Source: Candidatus Chazhemtobacterium aquaticus
GTDB lineage: Bacteria > Patescibacteriota > Microgenomatia > UBA1400 > Chazhemtobacteraceae
DNA: 64,000 nucleotides
NCBI RefSeq assembly: GCF_009936135.1
Contig: NZ_CP047901.1
Location: forward strand, 152,984 to 216,983
Direction: 5' to 3'
Part shown: piece after piece, positions 56,271-64,000 of the stretch
How positions within the stretch are numbered: position 1 is the first letter of the stretch
Layout of the letters: each line of letters opens with the position of its first letter
The notes under the pieces: generated by a model
Databases searched by the model: none
What the model was told of the DNA's origin: nothing
Seen by the model: the letters and a program-made list of their open reading frames with translations, nothing else
Program-made: the position numbers and the translations under genes

Positions 56271-56591
56271 CTTTCTATTCTTCTTTCTTATTAATTAAAT
56301 TAGTAGCAGTCATAATAGGTACTGTGGATATGTTAATTTCGTGCTAAATATATGCCTCGCAATATTGTTGTTATTTAATAATCATCGGCTAAACCAACCA
56401 TTTCTCTAAATCAACCCTTTGCTCAACGCTCACCTTTTCGGGTTTTTGTCTCCGCATATCAACTAGCATTCTGTGGATAATTTTGCGAAAAACTTATTTT
56501 CCCAAGTGTATAACATTTTTCTATCAACTTGAGTTTCTCACAATCACAGTGTTTTTTCACCAAGTCCATAACAGTTTTCCCCAATCTAGCC
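56271..56591. promoter_or_regulatory. candidate oriC segment (dnaA-dnaN intergenic, AT-rich, DnaA boxes)
   Basis: 321-bp AT-rich spacer (TTATTAATTAAATTAG...) containing TGTGGATAA at 56472..56480 (a perfect reverse-orientation DnaA box) and TGTGGATAT at 56322..56330 (1 mismatch). Confidence 0.45.
56472..56480 (-). promoter_or_regulatory. perfect DnaA box (TTATCCACA on minus strand)
   Basis: The + strand reads TGTGGATAA. Confidence 0.5.
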
Positions 56592-58010
56592 TCAATTTGA
56601 ACCATAGATTTCTTGTTTCATTCTAATTACCTGTTCTCTAACCTCCTGATTGATACCAATCTCTCTCTCCATTTTCTCTACCGCGTGCATTACTGTCGTA
56701 TGATCCCTTCCTCCCATTAACTGAGCCACGTTCTGAAGTGTTAAACCCATCTCTTCTCTGAGTAAATACATGGCAATATGTCTTGCTCGTACCAGTTCCG
56801 CTCTCCTGCTTTTACCCACAATCTCCTTGTTTTTACACTCAAACTGCTTAGCCACCAAACTTATTAGCTGCTGAGGCCTTAATTTCTTAACCTCCCTTTT
56901 CGCACTTACTCCAATCTCCTTCTCCACCAAATCCTTAGTTAAATAACCATTGCCAAGAGTAGCCGCATTTACCAGTCTAGTTAAAATCCCCTCCAACTCT
57001 CTTGCGTTAGTGTTTACACTACTTGCGATTAACTCCAATGCTTCATTATCTGCATCCGTTTTTAGTTCACTACACTTCTGTTTTAATATAGCCAGCCGCA
57101 TTTCATAATCCGGTAATCCAATATCAACTGTCAGTCCGCCCAAGAATCTAGAAATCAATCTTTGCTCCACTTGTTCAATATCCTGAGGCCTACGGTCAGA
57201 CGTCAGGATAATTTGCTTACCCTTCATATACAACTCGTTGAAGGTGTGAAAAAACTCCTCCTGAGTACTCTCCTTTCCTGCGATAAACTGAACGTCGTCA
57301 ATTAACAACACATCAACATTCCTATATTTTTTCTTAAAACTATCAACACTCTTGCTTCTAATTGTCGCAATCAGCTCATTAGTAAACTGCTCACTAGTTA
57401 CTGCTCTCACCTTCATCCCCTTGGCTAACAACATCCTTCCCACGGCGTGCATTAAGTGTGTTTTTCCTACCCCTACTCCACCCCACAAAAACAAGGGATT
57501 GTGTTTTACTCCCGGACTGTCCGTCACTCCTTTGGCTGCCGCGTAAGCCAAGTTATTCGACCCTCCAACCACAAAGTTTTCAAAACTAAATCTAGGGTTA
57601 AGCCCCACCTCAATCAGTTGTTGAGAATCAAACTCACTTTCCTTATCCTCGCTAAACAAGTCATTAGCCTCTTCATTTTCTGGCTCCACACTTTCGATTC
57701 TTTGTTTTACAACCAATCCAATCTCACACCTTTTACCTACTTGTCGTTCCAGTATTTGTTTAATTTGTCCATAATATCTTTCATCAATCGTTCGCAAGTG
57801 AAATCCTGACGGACACGCCAGCTCTATCAACCACCTCTCCGCATCTATTTCATTTATAGAATCAATAAAACACGGCTTAACCCAGGATGAAAAAGCAGCT
57901 GGAGATATGCTCACCTCAAGCTCTCCTAATACATTTTTCCAAATCTCGTTACTGTCCAGATTATCGATCATTTTCATCGCTACTCTATCCAAGTTTTCCA
58001 CAACTGCCAA
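56592..58010 (-). CDS. dnaA: chromosomal replication initiator DnaA
   Basis: AAA+ Walker A GGVGVGKTHLMHAVG. Walker B VDVLLIDDVQF. C-terminal DNA-binding domain ...LVRARHIAMYLLREEMGLTLQNVAQLMGGRDHTTVMHAVEKM. Confidence 0.9.
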   Translation of the reverse strand: MAVVENLDRVAMKMIDNLDSNEIWKNVLGELEVSISPAAFSSWVKPCFIDSINEIDAERWLIELACPSGFHLRTIDERYYGQIKQILERQVGKRCEIGLVVKQRIESVEPENEEANDLFSEDKESEFDSQQLIEVGLNPRFSFENFVVGGSNNLAYAAAKGVTDSPGVKHNPLFLWGGVGVGKTHLMHAVGRMLLAKGMKVRAVTSEQFTNELIATIRSKSVDSFKKKYRNVDVLLIDDVQFIAGKESTQEEFFHTFNELYMKGKQIILTSDRRPQDIEQVEQRLISRFLGGLTVDIGLPDYEMRLAILKQKCSELKTDADNEALELIASSVNTNARELEGILTRLVNAATLGNGYLTKDLVEKEIGVSAKREVKKLRPQQLISLVAKQFECKNKEIVGKSRRAELVRARHIAMYLLREEMGLTLQNVAQLMGGRDHTTVMHAVEKMEREIGINQEVREQVIRMKQEIYGSN

Positions 58011-58089
58011 CCCCGAATATTCCCAAATAAAAACTTTGATTTCTTTGATCCACCCTCATCAAAACCCAGAATCCGAACATCACATAATC

Positions 58090-58098
58090 TTATCCACA
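58090..58098 (+). promoter_or_regulatory. perfect DnaA box TTATCCACA in the dnaA-rpmH spacer
   Basis: Exact consensus 9-mer, 80 bp upstream of the dnaA start and 109 bp upstream of rpmH. A weaker TGTCCACG lies at 58184..58191. Confidence 0.5.
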
Positions 58099-58206
58099 TT
58101 GCTTTCACACAAGCTCAATGAACAACTTATTGAACAATACTCTTAACTCAGGCATAAAAGGCCTCACAATCTTTCTTTAAGGCTGTCCACGTGTTAAAAT
58201 CACTTC

Positions 58207-58338
58207 ATGCCAAAAAGAACCTATCAACCCAAGAAAACTAAAAGAGCACGCACTCACGGCTTTCTGCATCGACAAGCTAAACATACCAAAGTCATAAAAC
58301 AGCGTCGACTTAAAAAACGCCGCCAGCTTTCTGCATAA
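58207..58338 (+). CDS. rpmH: 50S ribosomal protein L34
   Basis: My own translation gives MPKRTYQPKKTKRARTHGFLHRQAKHTKVIKQRRLKKRRQLSA (43 aa). It is missing from the ORF track because it is shorter than 60 aa. Canonical position upstream of rnpA. Confidence 0.85.
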   Translation: MPKRTYQPKKTKRARTHGFLHRQAKHTKVIKQRRLKKRRQLSA

Positions 58339-58373
58339 ACAAAACACCCCCATCTTTAGGATAAGATAGACCT

Positions 58374-58718
58374 ATGCTTCCCCGCCATCATCGCCTTCCT
58401 CTTCGCTTTTTTCGCCATCAGCTTCAAAAAAGTGGCCGCTCAATCTCCACCCTCGACCTGACACTGTATTACGGTTCTCGGGAATCACCCGAGTCACCAT
58501 CTCGACTAGCCATAATCATCTCTAAAAAACTAATCCCCTCAGCAGTCAAAAGGAATCTCTTTCGTCGCCAGCTTCAGCATCATCTTCACTCTCTATTACC
58601 CACCATTCCGGTCGGATATGATTTTCTCATCTTACCCAAACCTTCATCACTCCACCTCAACTTTGACCAACAAAGAGAGTCCCTAGAAAAACTTTTTTCA
58701 AAAATTAACACAGATTAA
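58374..58718 (+). CDS. rnpA: RNase P protein component RnpA
   Basis: ...[30 protein letters not shown]... is the RnpA basic motif. Located between rpmH and yidD. Confidence 0.8.
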   Translation: MLPRHHRLPLRFFRHQLQKSGRSISTLDLTLYYGSRESPESPSRLAIIISKKLIPSAVKRNLFRRQLQHHLHSLLPTIPVGYDFLILPKPSSLHLNFDQQRESLEKLFSKINTD

Positions 58719-58732
58719 TCAAAACACCGAAC

Positions 58733-58954
58733 ATGATAATCTCTATTTATCAGCGTTATGTCTCACCAGTCCTTCACGGTTTAATCTCCTTGGTTTTTGG
58801 TTCTCCCGCTGGTTGCCGCTTTTACCCGACTTGTTCTGAATATAGTCATCAAGCTATCCGCAAATATGGTATTATTCGAGGCAGTGTTTTAAGTCTTAAA
58901 CGCTTACTCCGCTGTCACCCTTTATCATCCGGAGGTTATGATCCTGTTGTTTAA
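58733..58954 (+). CDS. yidD: membrane protein insertion efficiency factor YidD
   Basis: [10 protein letters not shown]...[36 protein letters not shown] is a YidD family signature. Confidence 0.8.
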   Translation: MIISIYQRYVSPVLHGLISLVFGSPAGCRFYPTCSEYSHQAIRKYGIIRGSVLSLKRLLRCHPLSSGGYDPVV

Positions 58955-58962
58955 TATATCTC

Positions 58963-59706
58963 ATGCTTTCATTTCTCACTGACCCCATTGTCCACCTACT
59001 AATCTTTCTTTACGGCAACCTAGGCCAGAGTCTGGGTCTCGCCATCATAGTTCTTACCCTCTTGGTCCGAACTGCCCTTCTTCCCATCTCGCTACCCGCA
59101 CTTAAATCAGCTCGAAAAATGCAGGAGCTTAAGCCTCAACTTGACAAACTTAAGAAAAAACATAAAGACAAGACCAAACTCCAACAGGCTCAACTTGAGC
59201 TCTATCGTCACCATGGCATCAATCCCCTAAGCGGCTGCCTACCCCAACTTGTTCAAATCGTTGTTCTTATTGCACTTTATCAAGCTTTTATCGGTTTTAT
59301 CACCAGTGGCCAATTCAACGGTTCAGCCCTTCACACCTCTTTTCTCTGGCTTGACCTTTCTCAGTCTGATCCTTATTACATATTGCCAATTCTAGCCGGT
59401 GGGACTCAACTACTTTATTCACTTGCCATGCAAACCGGCTTAGAATCCCACCTCAAAGCTCCTAAACAAAAATCACCTCGTCAAAAGGAAGAAGACTCAC
59501 TTGAAATGGCTCAGTCCATTCAACAACAAATGATCTATCTTATGCCTCTTATGACCCTCATTATCGCCACTCGTTTTCCTTCTGGACTTGCTCTCTACTG
59601 GGTTGTTACCACCATTTATTCATTCGTCCAACAACTCATTATTTCCGGACCTGGTGGACTTACTCACTACAAGAACTTAATACTTGCTAGGTTTAATTTT
59701 CGCTAA
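58963..59706 (+). CDS. yidC: membrane protein insertase YidC (short Oxa1-like form)
   Basis: ...AIIVLTLLVRTALLPIS...KMQELKPQLDKLKKKHKDK...LYRHHGINPLSGCLPQLVQIVVLIALYQAF... matches YidC conserved TM2/TM3 motifs. Confidence 0.8.
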   Translation: MLSFLTDPIVHLLIFLYGNLGQSLGLAIIVLTLLVRTALLPISLPALKSARKMQELKPQLDKLKKKHKDKTKLQQAQLELYRHHGINPLSGCLPQLVQIVVLIALYQAFIGFITSGQFNGSALHTSFLWLDLSQSDPYYILPILAGGTQLLYSLAMQTGLESHLKAPKQKSPRQKEEDSLEMAQSIQQQMIYLMPLMTLIIATRFPSGLALYWVVTTIYSFVQQLIISGPGGLTHYKNLILARFNFR

Positions 59707-59751
59707 TCATCGGTTATAATCCGCCTTGGTCAATTACTAACACAACATATC

Positions 59752-60219
59752 ATGGACTCACAACAACAAACAAAGATTACCGATATCATCAACAACGTCT
59801 TCTCGTTGCTGGGCATTCCAGTAGATCAATTTGAACTTGACTTTAATAAAGACTCTCTTGTTGTTCAAATCAATTTACCAGCCGAGGAGTCAGGTGTTTT
59901 TATTGGTCATCAAGGTGAAACTCTATCTTCTCTTCAATTAATACTTTCCTTAATCGTTAGTCAGCGACTAAATCAATGGTATCGAATTAAAGTCAATGTC
60001 GGCGATTATCAACAACGCCGAGAGCAACAGCTTATTGTCAAAGCCGATCAAGCAGCTCAAAGAGCAGTTGAAAACGGACAGGAAATTATCATCCCTGGTC
60101 TCAACTCTTATGAGCGCCATCTTATTCACGACCATCTCAGTCATAACTCTCAGGTTGCCACCGAATCTCGAGGAGAAGAACCCAACCGACAACTCTTTGT
60201 CTCACCCAAAAACAGCTAA
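59752..60219 (+). CDS. khpB: Jag/KhpB-like RNA-binding protein (KH plus R3H)
   Basis: C-terminal R3H motif LNSYERHLIHDHLSH. Conserved position after yidC. Confidence 0.65.
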   Translation: MDSQQQTKITDIINNVFSLLGIPVDQFELDFNKDSLVVQINLPAEESGVFIGHQGETLSSLQLILSLIVSQRLNQWYRIKVNVGDYQQRREQQLIVKADQAAQRAVENGQEIIIPGLNSYERHLIHDHLSHNSQVATESRGEEPNRQLFVSPKNS

Positions 60220-60237
60220 GACTCGTATACTGTCCAT

Positions 60238-61416
60238 ATGCTTCGGACGGTCTTGACTCTCATCACTTTTCTGCTCCCTACTCAGCTAGGGCTTCATCTC
60301 TGGCCGTCATGGTCTTTCCTCCATGGTTTATCCATAGACTATCTCTCTATCACTGTTTATTTCACTGATCTACTCCTACTCACTCTTCTATTCATTCACC
60401 CACCACGCTTTCTGTTTAACAAATCGGTAAAAATTGTGGTTTCCACGATTCTCCTCTCCTCGTTCCTCGGACTGCAACCTCTCAACTCACTTGTCCTTCT
60501 TTTTCGCATCCTACTTCTTTTAAATTTTTCTCTTGCAGTATCGACCCAAAACAAGTCAACTCTATCCTCACTCCTTACCTCTATCTCGGTCTCAACAATC
60601 CTAGTCTCCTTACTTGCCATTTTCCAGTTTATATCCCAATCGTCACTTGATGGCCCCTTTTATTGGTTGGGTGAGAGACACTACTCTCTCACCACACCAG
60701 ATATCGCCAAAACCATTCTACCCTTTACCGGCCAACAAATTTTAAGATCATACTCAATGTTTTCTCACCCAAACTCACTTGCTGGATATCTAGTTGTTGT
60801 ATCCCTTTTGATTATTATCCTTAAAAGAAAACTTAATCTCAAAAACGTCTTAATCCAAATAACACTATTACTCAGTTTTCTCGCACTTCTTACCACATTT
60901 TCAAGATCAGCTATATTTGCGCTTATCGCATCCGTAATATCACTATTTTTTTCTGTTTCATACTCACCCTTCCTAATCATTCTGATTCCCCTACTTCTCA
61001 CTCTTATCTTCACAGTTCCACTATCACTTGGATCTCAAGTCAGCGTTACCACACGTCAACTTCTCAACTTCTATGCACTCAAAGCGACTTGGTCACATCT
61101 CTTTTTTGGCTTAGGTCTTAACAACTTCACCATATATTTAAGCCAAATTACTCCTCCTCTAAATCACTATCTACTTCAGCCGGTTCATAATATATACCTT
61201 CTTCTTTTATCTGAACTAGGTTTTGTCCCAATAATTACCCTTCTCTCCATCAGACCACAACGAAAAATAAACACACTTTTTCTTCCCGTCATTCTTGCCA
61301 TTCTCATTACTGGATCTCTAGACCACTACTGGCTTACTCTACCCCAAAACCGCTTGCTTATTAGTTTCTTTGTTGGATTATTATTCAACTCGAACCTCTC
61401 CAGACACTCCAGCTGA
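60238..61416 (+). CDS. polytopic membrane protein, O-antigen-ligase (Wzy_C)-like
   Basis: 392 aa with about 10 TM helices. ...TTFSRSAIFALIASV... resembles the Wzy_C core. Confidence 0.4.
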   Translation: MLRTVLTLITFLLPTQLGLHLWPSWSFLHGLSIDYLSITVYFTDLLLLTLLFIHPPRFLFNKSVKIVVSTILLSSFLGLQPLNSLVLLFRILLLLNFSLAVSTQNKSTLSSLLTSISVSTILVSLLAIFQFISQSSLDGPFYWLGERHYSLTTPDIAKTILPFTGQQILRSYSMFSHPNSLAGYLVVVSLLIIILKRKLNLKNVLIQITLLLSFLALLTTFSRSAIFALIASVISLFFSVSYSPFLIILIPLLLTLIFTVPLSLGSQVSVTTRQLLNFYALKATWSHLFFGLGLNNFTIYLSQITPPLNHYLLQPVHNIYLLLLSELGFVPIITLLSIRPQRKINTLFLPVILAILITGSLDHYWLTLPQNRLLISFFVGLLFNSNLSRHSS

Positions 61417-61428
61417 TACAATACCACC

Positions 61429-61848
61429 ATGTCAACCCTAACAATTCATACCGATGGCGGATCTCGCGGCAACCCAGGACCGGCTGCTTGTGCTGCAGTT
61501 TTTCTCAACCCTGACCGAGAGGTTGTCTACTCCACCAGTCGCTATCTAGGCCATACAACCAATAACGAAGCTGAATATCGTGGCGTTATTCTTGCTCTCG
61601 AAACTATTCTTGCCGACCTCAATAAGTACTCCGAGTTTTCCAGTCTTCAATTCGTGCTCGACTCCGAACTTGTGGTTTTTCAACTAACTGGTCGGTATAA
61701 AATCAAAAACACCAATCTTCAACAGCTTGCCACGACTACCCATCAACTTATCCGTCAAATCAACAAACCTACTAGCTTTACTCACGTCAAACGTCACCTC
61801 AATACTCTTCCAGACGAACTCCTTAATCAAGAACTCGATCGACACTAA
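61429..61848 (+). CDS. rnhA: ribonuclease H (RNase HI-like)
   Basis: LTIHTDGGSRGNPGPAACAAVF...NNEAEYRGVILALE contains the DEDD-family RNase H catalytic motifs. Confidence 0.75.
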   Translation: MSTLTIHTDGGSRGNPGPAACAAVFLNPDREVVYSTSRYLGHTTNNEAEYRGVILALETILADLNKYSEFSSLQFVLDSELVVFQLTGRYKIKNTNLQQLATTTHQLIRQINKPTSFTHVKRHLNTLPDELLNQELDRH

Positions 61849-61886
61849 GCCTTTCATTCTCTAGGATTTGTATAACTCATCATCCT

Positions 61887-61895
61887 TGTGGATAA
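61887..61895 (-). promoter_or_regulatory. additional perfect DnaA box (TGTGGATAA on + strand)
   Basis: Exact 9-mer in the 263-bp AT-rich spacer between the rnhA stop (61848) and the ATG at 62112. Confidence 0.3.
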
Positions 61896-62111
61896 AGAGA
61901 TATCTATTTGTACCTAGGTTTTCATGTGGAAGCGTAAGAACAAAAGCACGGCATATATACGCACAATCAACAGCTAACAACAAGGCTAAACACTAACACA
62001 AAAAACGTACATACGAAATAATCAAGATCTCTAACTACTTATATAAGCCTAATAAACACGAATTGCCGCCACTCATCCAACCCGGTATGCTAATAACAGA
62101 CCCAAACCGCC

Positions 62112-64000
62112 ATGAAAGACCTGCCCATCATTGAACAACAATCTCAAAAACCAAAAGCAGCTATTCTTAGCCACACATCACTTCTAGCAGGAGAACTTTC
62201 TAATGCCCTACAAACACTACAAATTGAAGCTCAGCTCATCTTTCTTCCTTCCGCACTTGGAGATGTTTCTCGATCTTCATTAACACATCAACACACAAGA
62301 GTCAGCTCTATCACCCAGGCTAAAACACAAGGTATCGATTATCTCTTTTACCTCTATCCCTCTCTTGGTGCCATTAGTCCACACGAATACGAACGCTTCT
62401 TCTATAACACCCCACCCCAATCCAAAATAATAATCATTGACAACTTTCGTAATCAAGCCAAGACAGACCAGCTCATCACCTATCTCCGCAACCACAACTT
62501 TAGAGTTGCCTTGTTAACCGATGTATTTGGACCACTTACCACGCCTCAGTACACCAACCCAGCTCTCTCACATATTTCCCACGCACTAAACCATCAATCC
62601 CTCGAGCTTATGGATACAGGACAGACACCTTTGTATCCTACATACAGCCAGGATGTCGTCAAGGGAATTATCAAAGCAATTTTTTCTGGTAATACCCAGT
62701 CACAGTCTTACCTCCTCTCCACCCTTGAACCCATATCTGAACTAAGCTTCTCCCAACACCTCAAAACACACTCCGCAGAGATTCTTGACCACACTCCACC
62801 CATTGAGTATATTTCCCCAGCTCCCAACCCTCCAGTTTTACCTGATCCTAACCAAATAATTGCCACTCAAGCCCAATTAAACTGGTCCCCAGACACAGAC
62901 CTTGACATTGCTATTAGCGAAACACTCGCCATTAGTCATGAAGTTTATTCACCTCCAATCAACGAGAGTTTAACTCAGGAAACTCGACCACCATTATCAC
63001 CAACACCAAACCAAAGCGTTCAGTCAGATCAAGTTAATGACATTCCACCAAAACCATCTTTGACTAAATCTCCAAACTATTTTGATTTAGCCAAGAAGCC
63101 TAAGACGAAAAAAAGAAAAAAAGCCCTCTTGCTCTTTCTTTCTGTCGTGTTTATTGTTTTTCTCCTACCTCTAATATCTCTCTACATCACAATTACCCAG
63201 GGGATTAGTCAGTTTAGCCAGTCCTACGCGTATCTCGAGCAGGGGAGATATCAGCAATCTCAAACAGCCGCACAAAAATCAAAATCATCATTCATTCGTG
63301 CACGAGTCACCTTAGGAATCACAAAAAAGCTCATACCTCTTTTTCCAAAAACTAAATACGACAAATATGACCAACAACTCGATATTGCCGTAAGACTTAG
63401 CGATATTCTAAGTCTAACCTCAACCACTCTCGTCAAGGCTGACCAACTTTACTCCATCATAACCAATACTAATACCGGAAACTTTCACTCAGCTAACTCC
63501 GACCTCAAGGTTAGCCTAGACTCGCTCTATCAACATCTCTCATTAGTCCAAGCGAGTGTTGATCAGGTTGACTTTAACTCAAATCTATTTGCTTATGACA
63601 AACTAAAAACCGCCAAGGACAATCTACCAGAAATGAGAAAAACAACTGAACAGGCCTTAAAACTAGTATCCATTCTTCCTGATCTAATCGCCCAGGAACA
63701 ACCACAAACACACCTTCTTTTACTCCAGAATAATCTAGAACTTCGTCCTGCTGGAGGCTTAGTGGCGGTTGCTGGTTTACTTACATTCACCAATGGGCGA
63801 TTGACCAACTTTCAAACCTATAACGTGCCAACCCTCGACAGCCAACTTGACGGTATTGTTACACCACCTCCCGATATTGCCACCTATCTGGGGGAGGATC
63901 GATGGTTTCTACGAGACTCAAACTGGTCTGCTCACTTTCCTTCATCTGCTCTCCAAGCTCAATGGTTTGTCGACAAAATGCTTAACCGGCCCACCAATGG
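62112..64000 (+). CDS. membrane protein with DUF4012-like extracytoplasmic domain (partial, continues beyond window end)
   Basis: Open frame from the ATG at 62112 to the window end with no stop. It is missing from the ORF track because it has no stop within the window. TM ALLLFLSVVFIVFLLPLISLYITI at ~aa 335. Downstream ...LLLLQNNLELRPAGGLVAVAGLLTFTNGRL is typical of DUF4012. Confidence 0.5.
   Translation, partial: MKDLPIIEQQSQKPKAAILSHTSLLAGELSNALQTLQIEAQLIFLPSALGDVSRSSLTHQHTRVSSITQAKTQGIDYLFYLYPSLGAISPHEYERFFYNTPPQSKIIIIDNFRNQAKTDQLITYLRNHNFRVALLTDVFGPLTTPQYTNPALSHISHALNHQSLELMDTGQTPLYPTYSQDVVKGIIKAIFSGNTQSQSYLLSTLEPISELSFSQHLKTHSAEILDHTPPIEYISPAPNPPVLPDPNQIIATQAQLNWSPDTDLDIAISETLAISHEVYSPPINESLTQETRPPLSPTPNQSVQSDQVNDIPPKPSLTKSPNYFDLAKKPKTKKRKKALLLFLSVVFIVFLLPLISLYITITQGISQFSQSYAYLEQGRYQQSQTAAQKSKSSFIRARVTLGITKKLIPLFPKTKYDKYDQQLDIAVRLSDILSLTSTTLVKADQLYSIITNTNTGNFHSANSDLKVSLDSLYQHLSLVQASVDQVDFNSNLFAYDKLKTAKDNLPEMRKTTEQALKLVSILPDLIAQEQPQTHLLLLQNNLELRPAGGLVAVAGLLTFTNGRLTNFQTYNVPTLDSQLDGIVTPPPDIATYLGEDRWFLRDSNWSAHFPSSALQAQWFVDKMLNRPTN

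Noticed and set aside
55161-58338. Expected GC-skew sign change at dnaA/oriC
   Set aside because: I looked for it by eye. The + strand remains C-rich on both sides, so I do not assert a skew switch. I cannot compute it, so it is reported as an open observation rather than a feature.
1-64000. rRNA genes, group I/II introns, integrons, prophage structural genes
   Set aside because: No sequence resembling conserved 16S or 23S segments, intron-encoded protein domains beyond the single LAGLIDADG-like ORF, attC sites or capsid, terminase or portal proteins was seen.

Overview
This 64-kb window is low-GC bacterial DNA with gene content typical of a Candidate Phyla Radiation (Patescibacteria)-like genome, although that taxonomic assignment is inference only. 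The + strand is markedly C-rich and G-poor along the whole window, whatever the coding direction.

Recognisable housekeeping genes are mscL, tdk, the dnaG-rpoD pair, comF-like, smpB with tmRNA (ssrA), and a replication-origin neighbourhood reading dnaN<-dnaA<-|->rpmH-rnpA-yidD-yidC-jag, with perfect DnaA boxes beside it. There is a tRNA cluster (Arg, Ser, Arg, Ser on +; Ser and Ser on -) carrying all four Ser isoacceptors, with a free-standing HTH-LAGLIDADG-like gene sitting between two of them, and a tRNA-Asn further left.

The main feature is a roughly 21.4-kb + strand locus at 33771..55158 that abuts dnaN. It encodes ten tandem VirB2/TrbC-like pilin paralogues, one of them fused to a GC-rich cysteine-rich ectodomain. 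Downstream lie a 1116-aa secreted protein and a VirB6/TrbL-like polytopic protein. After an IS481-family insertion the locus continues with a PrgI/VirB3-like protein, a VirB4-like ATPase split into two ORFs across a Pro/Thr-rich linker, an M23-peptidase fusion, and a bitopic VirB8-like candidate. No VirD4, relaxase or VirB11 is present in the window. I read this as a minimal type IV secretion-like pilus system of the kind proposed for CPR episymbionts.

A second accessory segment at about 9.5..20.8 kb carries glycosyltransferases, a NUDIX hydrolase, a kinase-like protein, a ClpP-fold protease and a DUF2130-like protein. It is bracketed by two diverged direct copies of an unidentified gene fragment, the second truncated by tRNA-Asn. 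DUF3800, a PD-(D/E)xK-like protein and a secreted SNase-Big-Excalibur nuclease lie just upstream. No rRNA genes or CRISPR arrays were seen. All domain calls rest on motif recognition by eye and need HMM or BLAST confirmation.
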